Positions 53,212-61,638 of a DNA stretch of 64,000 nt are shown here, piece after piece. Below the pieces are notes generated by a model, which was given only the letters and a program-made list of their open reading frames with translations, ran no database searches and was not told where the DNA came from. Source of the stretch: Pelagomonas calceolata (lineage: Eukaryota); NCBI GenBank assembly GCA_918797485.1, contig CAKKNE010000003.1, positions 2,170,001-2,234,000 on the forward strand, in the 5' to 3' direction. The translations under genes were made by a program, and so were the position numbers. How positions within the stretch are numbered: the stretch's first letter is position 1; each line of letters starts with the position of its first letter.

Positions 53212-55167
53212 CTAGCAATCCAGGAAGCGGACGAACTCGACGCGGCAGTCGTCGACGAAGCAGGCGCCGACGAGCGCCTCGCCGAGGACCGGGTAGCTCC
53301 TAAGCGTGGCGGGCTCGGTCCGGAGCCCTGCCTTTTCCGCGCGCGCGAGCTCCCCTGCGACGTCGTCGACGGAGATGGCGAGCGCGTTCGACGGCGTCGC
53401 GGCGGTCTTGGGCGTTGACGTCCACTCCATGACGATGCCTATGAACCCGTCGGACGGCAGCAGGGCGAGGCGGATGGACTCGATGCCGAGATCCCTGGGG
53501 AGGCCGAACGCCGGCAGCATATCGCGGTCCGGGGAGGTAATATCCACGAGCGTCTTGAAGCCGAGCGCCTCGAACGCGGCGTTGGCCCGCCGCGCGTCCG
53601 TGACGTTCAGCGTACAGGAGAACGGGTTCGCGTCCCGCGCGCCCTTCCACCAACCCATGAACCGCACGTAGAGCGATATCGCGCCGTGGAAGCTAATGAG
53701 GTAGACGCAGTACCCGTCGGGGTCGTGGAAGACTGCGGCCGTGCCCCCCTTGCCTCCCGGGGGGTGGATCGGGGTCAAGCGCTTGTCGGTGAGCCGTGAC
53801 AGCGCCTTGTCCAGGTCATCCACGTACAGACTCAGTCGCGACAGACCCGCCTCGTAGCAGGCGCCGCGCTGCGGCATGGCCGCGTCCTCGACGAGTAGCA
53901 GGAGCGGCCGCCAGATGGAACTCGCGCCCGGCTCGAGGAAGAGCATGCCGTCGGCGGCGGCGCCCACGCGCGTGTAACCGAACGCCTCGTACCACGGCGT
54001 CGACGCCGCGAGGGACCGGACGCGGATCGAGACGTGCGACACCACGCGGCTCTTCGGCGGCGACGGCCTCGTGAGCGCCGCGGGAGGCACGGCGACGCCC
54101 CCGAGCGCGTCCCACGCCCGGTCGCGCGTCTTGTCCGGCAGCGCCGCGAGGACGCGATAGATCGTCGGGATGGCCCCGCCCGTCGTGACGCGCGTCGGCG
54201 GGTCCGCGAGCACCAGGCACTCGAGCAGGGCCTTGACGGTGATCTGCGGGTCCTCCGCGACGTTCGGGATGTCGGTGTTCATCTTCTGAACTGTGGCCTC
54301 GGCCCAGGCGGCGCCGTAGGGGGCGCGGCGTGCGGCGGGCGCGGCGTCGTAGCCCTTCTTCCACGTGTCGCCGTAGGAGAGGGCGAGCGGCGTGCGCATG
54401 GTCCCCGGCTCGACGACGAAGACCTTGACGCCAAAAGGCTCCTCCTCGGCGCGCAAAATGTCGGAGTAGGCCTCGAGGGCGTGCTTCGACGCGGAGTATG
54501 CGGCGTTCGTCGGCGGCGCCGCGATGCCGCAGACGGACGAGACGTTGACGACGCGGCCCTTCGCGCGGCGCAGCGCCGGCCTGTGTGAGATTCAAATTTC
54601 AGACGCCCCTCGCCATCGACCCGACGTCGTCCCTAACTCACTGGTTGACTTCCACACAGGCACCGGCAGCAGCGCGTAGGTCACCGCGACGTGCGCGTGG
54701 AAGTTGAGCTTCATCGTATACTCGAAGGACACGGGCGGCGCCCAGCCGCAGTTGCCCGGGACGCAGCGGCCGGCGTTGTTCACGAGGCCGTAGAGGCCGC
54801 GCGCGCCGGCGACCTCCTTCGCCACGCGCGCGACCGCCTCGACGCCCTCGGGCGTCGCGAGGTCGGCCACGACCGTCGTCACCGTCGCCACGCCGCCGCC
54901 GGTCGCCTCAATCGCGGCCGCGCCGTCCGGGGTGTAGCACGCCGCGACGACTTCGAAGCCCTCGGCGAGGGCGGCTTCGACGAGGCCCCGGCCAAAGCCA
55001 CTGTCGCAGCCCGTTATCAATACGACACGTGCTCCCAGCGACGTCGCCGACGGCTCGCGCGCGCGGCCACTTGACAGGAGCTTTTTGGCAAGCAAAAGGC
55101 CTATAGCTCCACCCAGGACGAGGGGTGACGTTGAGGTACCGTTGAGTGCACTCGTGATGGCGTCCAT
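53212..55167 (-). CDS. SDR dehydrogenase (RDH/17beta-HSD type) fused to tandem VOC/glyoxalase domains; exons 55167-54668, 54580-53212
   Basis: ITGCDSGFG, LVNNAG, GRVVNVSS and YSASK, then SHVSIRVRSL..S..WYEAFG, LSLYVDDLD and FHDPDGY. Confidence 0.87.
54581..54659. mobile_element. Introner #11 (GC-AG)
   Basis: Slightly decayed TIRs; TSD GCGCCGGC/GCACCGGC (7/8). The GC donor at 54667 restores LLPALRRAKGR, whereas the nearby GT does not. Confidence 0.9.
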
Positions 55168-55746
55168 GTTCCAAACCCTTCGAAATTGTGATATGGCGGC
55201 CGCTGACGTCCGCTGAAACGCGGCGCGCGGCTTCAAGCTTGCCCTGGAAAACCCGTTTTCCTGCATTTCGTTTGTGCAGGACCCCCCAGTCGACACTGTG
55301 GGATAAATTTAACTTACTCAGTTTCCCTGCTGCTGCAATTAAGCCTGGAGCCAGTCCGGCGGGCCGCCGGGCGCGGCCACGAGCTGCCGGTCGAACCAGC
55401 CGCGGGTGTTTCCGGAGGCGTATTCGTCGTAAAAGGCCACGAACTCGGGACTTTCGCGGGACGCGAATGCCTTCAGCTCGAGGCGGGCCCTGTTGGCGTT
55501 GACGGGCTCCGCGGCCTCTATGAGTGGATCGAGAAACGCGCGGACGTTCCTCGCGGCCGCCCTCGTCAGCTCGGGCCTATCCGGCGAGCGCGATCGACTT
55601 ACTCAAGGCGTCTGTGCGCGCGGCTAGGAGCGTCCCCACAAAGCCACTGTGTCTCAAGACAAGCAAGGCTTTCTCGCCCTTGTTGCCGGAGGTCCGCTGA
55701 CGAATGGTTTCCATGGTTAATTGTCTCAAGTTTGCAAGATAGCAGG

Positions 55747-55770
55747 GCTAGCGGTCTGTAAGACACTAGC
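55747..55770. promoter_or_regulatory. GCTAG-motif copy (reverse orientation)
   Basis: GCTAGCGGTCTGTAAGACACTAGC. Confidence 0.6.
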
Positions 55771-57230
55771 AAATTCAAAGATACGCTTCGATAGCGTCAA
55801 AAGAATGACCCAAATTCAGAATACACCCTAGTCGTTCGCCGCGACCAAAAGTTTCAGAGTAGCGGCCCGGCAACATACCCTCGCGCCTCCCGGAAGGCAC
55901 CGCCCACGACATTCGCGGACGAGTCTTACGGCTCGCCAAAATACACCAGCGATTGAAGGTGCCTTCTACCGTCCAAATGGTACATTATATCAACTCCAGC
56001 CCAGTTTTCATACAAGTTCGACGGAACCGGAGCCGACGGCCCGCGCTCGGAGGGCGGGAAAAGAATTCTACTAGACAAATCCCGAGTTTATGTTCGTTTC
56101 CTTCCGTTTGTTAGTGGTAGAGTCCATCCTAGCCGCCTCGGCTCTACTGAGCTACATTAGATGGCCCGTTAAAGCCTCACGATTCTCCGACTTCGCACCT
56201 CCGCGTTTACCCCCACATGAGCTCAGAACCCAGACCTGCGACTATCAGCGACGCCACCATCCAGATGGACCATAACGCCGTTGTTCTGTTCACAATCGGC
56301 CGACTTGCCCGTTCTCCGCGGACGGCGGTACGTTGACGGGGCACCGGAAAGGCCCCAGACCGGTGAGTTATAAAATAAATTTGCGTTTCAGGCGCTTTAG
56401 TTCTAGGACGGGCCAGCTAATCGGCCTGACTGCCGACTACATTGCTCCGAGATCCCAAGATGCTCGGCGCGGGTCGTCGGTCTTCGCGGGCCCACGATCT
56501 GGCTAATCGGGCAAAGTACCTGGACCTGCGAGCATCAGCGCGTGTACCATCACCATGGACCATAACGATCATTTGTTCCATGATCGACGGACTTACGCGA
56601 GCTCCAGATCAAGATGTTCACGTCCCAAGCTTGGTCGGCCCAAAGTACCCTTCTCGTGGTGTAGATGTCATATATTTGTAATTGACTATCGGTGGGGTAG
56701 TATGGGGTCCGACGAGACCGCTACGGCGACTACTGGGGGCCCTCGGGTAATTGACGTTTTTGACGGGAACGGGGCGCCATCGGGTCCAAATTACACACTT
56801 TTTTCGGATGCAGATCGGCTCGCCGACTCCCTCTGGGGTAGGTCGGATAGCGGGTAGTCGCCTGTGCCGCATACGCCGTCGATGCGGCGGCCTAGCACTC
56901 TCGGAGAGCCCTGGAAGCAAACCTTGGCCAAAAGATGGCTAAACCGAGTGGTCTGCTGAGAGAAATCGGCCAAAAATGATTGAAGCGGCGGCGCATGCGG
57001 TGTAGGCGCTTGCACGTGTATAGTACCGACCCTAGGCGACCCCAGGGAGACCTGCTGGGCAGGGATTAACAGGATTCCATTGGCGCGGCCGCCATAGACC
57101 GTAGGGCGCCCTCGGCCGCGAATTAAAAAAATTCTTTTTGCGGCCCCCAGTACTTGTCCCATTGATCTCTTTGGACCATTACCTAACTGAATGATACTCA
57201 AACGACTGCATGCGCGTTCCGAGTTTGCTG

Positions 57231-57256
57231 GCTAGTGTCTTTAACAGGCCGCTAGC
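57231..57256. promoter_or_regulatory. GCTAG-motif copy
   Basis: GCTAGTGTCTTTAACAGGCCGCTAGC, about 250 bp upstream of ATG 57507(+). Confidence 0.6.
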
Positions 57257-57506
57257 TTAAATTCATGTCGACAGCCTTTGAACGTCGTGTACGCAGCTAG
57301 GTTGCAAACGTAGCAACTCCAGCTTTAGCTTTTGCACCACTGCACACGTTGCAGCAAAAGAGCCGAAGCGAAGCCACCAAAATCACCCTGCAGCTAAATT
57401 TACAGCAGCATAAAAAATTTGCAGTGCGCCGTCGGGGCAAGCAATACTGTCTTGACAGTACGCCGTCGTGCAAGCAATACTGGAGCAAGACACCAAAGCC
57501 ATCGAG

Positions 57507-58817
57507 ATGGCGGCGCGCAAAGTCAGTACTGGCGACGAGGAGGCCGAACCGTTCATCGAAGAAGAAGAAGAAGAAAAACTTCACAAGGGCATGGGCTGGA
57601 AGCGCGCCGCGTTCACCATGATGGCGGAGATCGTCGGGACTGGTGTGTTGGGCTTGTCACACGCGGCGGCGAAGGTGGGAGGCGGCCTCGCGCTCGCCTT
57701 CTTGGTAAGCTTCGGCCTCGCTTCGTTGTTCAGCTCATTACTCCTGGCGGCGGTGCGACGGGAGCACCCGAAGGTGGACAGCTTCCAGGCGTGCGCCGAT
57801 CTGCTCGGCGGCGAGCGAGCCCGGCGTTTGACGGCTTTATGCATCAACACGTCGTGGCTGTTCGTGCTGCCCTACTACCTCATGGCGTCGGCGCACGCCC
57901 TCAGTGTAGCCTTCTGGTGGACGGACACGTGCTACGCGACCTGGGCGTTGTTGTCCGTCGCGCTGATCGGCGTGCCGGCGCAGGTGCGCACCTTCGAAGG
58001 GATTAGTAGTTTATCAGCGCTCTCGGTGGCCTCCGTGGCCATCGCTCTATTGGTTATCGGCGTCGAACTCGTACGAGGCGGCCAGAAAGAAACAGACGCG
58101 TCATGGTCGAAACCCGAGGCGTCGTCGGTCTGGGACTGCTTCGACGCGATCTCGTCAACAACATTTGCCTATCAAGGGCAGTCCATGCTCTTAGAAATCG
58201 CCCACGAGATGGAGAACGCGCCGCGGGACTTTGGGAAAGCAATCACGGCGTCCTGCGGCGGGTTGCTGGCGTTGTATTCTATGGCGACGGGCCTGGGCTA
58301 CTACTACCGGGGCGCGCGCGTGGCCGGATTCCTGCCGGACGACCTCGAGGACAACGCGTCCAAGACGCTGGTGGGTCTGATGCTCTACTTCCACGTCGCC
58401 GTCACTTATTTAGTGAACAACCAGCCTTTATCAAAAAAGCTGTATGAGTTGAGATGGGGCGCCCTCGACAAGAGCCGGGTCGTAGCCTTGCGCTGGTTCG
58501 GGATTACGATGCTATTGCTGGCGTGGTCCTACGTGGTCGCGAACGCGATCCCGTGGTTCAGCGCGTTCCAGGCCCTGATGGGCTCGTTGCTGGGAGCGCC
58601 GATCATGTTCCTGTTTCCGGTGGCGTTTTATGTGTTGGATCCGCGGCAGGCCGCGAACGTAAAACATCTGCCGACGCGATGCGCGCTCGCGACGACCGGC
58701 GGGATCATCCTGCCTCTGACGCTGGGCGTCGGCTCGGTCGCGGCCGTCGTCGGCTTGTCGGAGGCGTGGGGCGACGGCGCGGCCTTCGCGTGCGTGCCGG
58801 GCGGGTACGACGGGTAA
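57507..58817 (+). CDS. Amino acid/auxin permease (Aa_trans) family transporter
   Basis: AEIVGTGVLGL, FAYQGQ...EI..EM..P.DF.K, AIPWFS....LMGS; many TM helices. Confidence 0.92.
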   Translation: MAARKVSTGDEEAEPFIEEEEEEKLHKGMGWKRAAFTMMAEIVGTGVLGLSHAAAKVGGGLALAFLVSFGLASLFSSLLLAAVRREHPKVDSFQACADLLGGERARRLTALCINTSWLFVLPYYLMASAHALSVAFWWTDTCYATWALLSVALIGVPAQVRTFEGISSLSALSVASVAIALLVIGVELVRGGQKETDASWSKPEASSVWDCFDAISSTTFAYQGQSMLLEIAHEMENAPRDFGKAITASCGGLLALYSMATGLGYYYRGARVAGFLPDDLEDNASKTLVGLMLYFHVAVTYLVNNQPLSKKLYELRWGALDKSRVVALRWFGITMLLLAWSYVVANAIPWFSAFQALMGSLLGAPIMFLFPVAFYVLDPRQAANVKHLPTRCALATTGGIILPLTLGVGSVAAVVGLSEAWGDGAAFACVPGGYDG

Positions 58818-59000
58818 TTGTTTTGTGTGTCCTCTCTCGGCGTGGCGTTGGCGTTTGGCCTCGACGCTGTCGCCGCGACTGCTCTCTCAACGGGTATGAA
58901 ATAGGAGTGCCAGTGAGCCTGGCAGGCCTGCTAGCCCGACGGACGACCAGCGTCTTGCTACGGATGAATGATAATTACACACGCTCCTCTCTCTCTCAGA

Positions 59001-59390
59001 CTAGATAATTTCCGGGCCGCCGCCGCCGATGCCGTAGAGCCGTTCCGCGCGGTCGTGGAGCGACGCCTTCGGCGCTTCGGCCGCCTCGGACGGCAGGTTC
59101 AGCACGTCCTCGAAGCCGAGCGACTCGGCGTCGCCGCGGATCGTGTCGCGCAGGACGTGCGACGACTCGAGTCCCGGCAGGCGGGCGACCTCCGACGCCA
59201 TCGCGTCTTCTCCTGCTAAACGCATCGCGAGGCCGCTGCCGTACACCGCGCGTACCTCCTGCAGCTTCGCCGTGCGGCCGGCGTCGGGCTTCAGCCGCGC
59301 GGCGAGGGGGTGATTCGGGGCCGGGGGCGCGCTCGCTGCGATGGGCTCGTTCACCGCCCTGGCCGGCGCGGGGAACTCGAGAGAAGCCAT
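59001..59390 (-). CDS. UMP1: Proteasome maturation factor UMP1/POMP
   Basis: HPL...RAVYGSGLAMRL..E...RLPGLESS...DTIRG..ESLGFEDVLN. Confidence 0.88.
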   Translation of the reverse strand: MASLEFPAPARAVNEPIAASAPPAPNHPLAARLKPDAGRTAKLQEVRAVYGSGLAMRLAGEDAMASEVARLPGLESSHVLRDTIRGDAESLGFEDVLNLPSEAAEAPKASLHDRAERLYGIGGGGPEII

Positions 59391-59518
59391 GTGTCCGCTG
59401 CGGCGGATGCGGCGGGCTCACAGTGCTGCGGATGATCAAACGCGACACTCAGATGAGTTTGCGCTAGCTGTAGCCTCTTTTTTGGCCCGGGCGAGCTCGA
59501 GCTCGATGCCTTACTTTC

Positions 59519-59541
59519 CTAGTGCCTTACAGAACGCTAGC
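59519..59541. promoter_or_regulatory. GCTAG-motif copy
   Basis: CTAGTGCCTTACAGAACGCTAGC between the divergent UMP1 and 59720 genes. Confidence 0.55.
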
Positions 59542-59719
59542 TCGATTATCGGACGCGAGAGCTGAATGCGAAGCTGGGCAACATACCACCTTCCTGGGAC
59601 GCCTGTAAGTGCGGAGCATTCTTCGGGCTCGCCGTTCAAGCCACCAGCCCCCCCGAGGTTCGAAACCGCAGTCGATACAAGTGGCAGCCTGCTGCCTCCA
59701 TAGCCAGAGCAGTAAGACG

Positions 59720-61023
59720 ATGGCCGACCGGCCTAACACACCGGTGCCCACGATGGCTGACATAGAAAATCCGATTGAAGACGCGCAGTCCTCTGGAGAG
59801 CAGGCCGTCGACCTCGAAGCGATTGAACAGCAGGCCGTCGCCGCGGCGGCCGCCAAGCTGACGCGCCCCACGACGCGCCTCGCCAACGACGTGCTCCTAC
59901 TCATCGCGACGCGCGGGACGGCCAGAGACCTGGGCAAGGCCCAGGTCGTGAGCCGCGGTTGGCAGGCGGCCGCGCGCCGCGAGGTGACTCTGCGGACGGC
60001 CGGCCGCGTCCTGAACGTCTTCGCGGAGAAGCCCGCCTACCTGCGGAGTATAGAAATACTGGACGACGTCGTCGGGCCAAGACAGGAGGGCAGCTGGCGG
60101 GATAGGTGGCCGGAGTTGCAGTATGCCAAGTTCCTAAGGGTCGACGAATCCTTGGCCTTGCACGACCGCGAAACGGTGCTCCAGTTGTTTCGAGCCAATA
60201 TTCACGTCGTCGACAGTGCACAAATCACACTTTTGCTTCTCCACGCCATCGAGCGGGCGTCGCGTCGATGGCGTGGCAGACGGTTCTCTGACCGCGTGAC
60301 TTGGCCAGCACGGCCGCGTCATCGCCGCGAAATGATTTGGTGAAGAGTTATCGTACACACCCGACTCACTGGTTGATTTACGCGCAGGTCATCGAAGCCG
60401 AGCTCGCCAAGATCCGCGAGTCCATCGACTGGAAAGTGGAATCGGGCTGGCCGCGGACGCTGGCCGAGGACTATACGCTAATCATGACGCATTTCAAGGC
60501 GGCGCTGGGCGACAGCGTGAGCGAGGCGTCGCGGGACTTCGCCGCGGCGGTGCATTTGCTGAGAGATGCGTTGACGCTGCGGGCGCCGCTCGAGGCCGTG
60601 GCGCCCGACGCGTACACGGACCTCGACGGCACCTACGGGATGAAGACGAACGATGGCGCTTGGGCCGCGCTGACGCCGGACGCCGCGCCGGGCGTCTCCT
60701 TCGTGACGCACGCGCCCCTCGAGGCGAGCGCGCACCCCCGCTGCCTCTCGGACGCGGGCTTTTCCGCCGCGGTGGTCCTCAACACCGGGATCGACTACGC
60801 GCCGATGGACTCGGACATCGTGCGCTTCCGGTCGCGGGGCCGGGCGGGCGGCAAGCACCGGTCCCTCGTGCGCACCGCGGCGACGCCGTCGGAGCGGCAA
60901 TACGACCTACCGCCGCTGTCGCGCGTCACCCTGGAGCGCATCGACGAGGCCGGGAGCTGGACGGAGTTCGGAAGGATGCCGCACCGGCGGCTGTATACGG
61001 TCGTCGTGGAGTTCTTGGCGTAA
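59720..61023 (+). CDS. Hypothetical protein with F-box-like N-terminal motif; exons 59720-60205, 60388-61023
   Basis: RLANDVLLLIA...DL...VVSRGW. Removing the introner joins the two ORFs in frame. Confidence 0.7.
60214..60387. mobile_element. Introner #12 (decayed left TIR)
   Basis: CAGTGCACAAATC...CACTGGTTGATTTACGCGCAG; TSD GTCGTCGA/GTCATCGA (7/8). Confidence 0.88.
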
Positions 61024-61638
61024 GGGATTTGTAGTGTAGTAGCATGTCTGGCGTGTTCGCGTACAACGCATGGCAAGCACAGGGCCGGCGGCGGGTTGTT
61101 ATTCTTTTCGCGTGGACGCCTCCGCGGTCAATGGCAGCTCTAGGGATTTTTCTCACGAGGAAAGTCGATTGCTAGAGGCCTTGTTCGCTAGGTGAGGCCA
61201 AGTTTGCCAGACAACAAACGCGGGCGCAACGCGCGGCTCAGCGCCCCACCAATCATTCAAAACTCGTCCCTCGCGTCACACCGGCGACGTTCAGAAGCTT
61301 TTCTGGTGCCCTAGGAGCGTTGGTGTAACCCCCGGCCTCCTGGGAATCCCTAGCATTTTCGATGCTCGCGGCGCGAAAGCCGTTCAACAAGAGCGCCGCG
61401 GACCCGCGGGACGAGGACGTCGCATTCTTCTACGCCGAAGAGGCGAACCACGACGCGGAGGAGGCGATCTTCCAGGAGCTCTACGGTACCTGAACGGCCA
61501 CTACCCCCACTCCCCCTTGCTCGCCCTAGAACCAAGTCTAGTAGTAACGCTTGAGCCTGAAGAAATCTACTAGTAGTATGGACCAGAGGCGGAGTACGCC
61601 ATCGCCGCGGCTAGTAGACTCGGAGCAACACTTTACTC

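Noticed and set aside
14243..60387. Recurring peptides such as HWLISTQ, CVEINQ and VWKSNF in many track ORFs as a protein domain
   Set aside because: They are translations of the introner TIRs in different frames.
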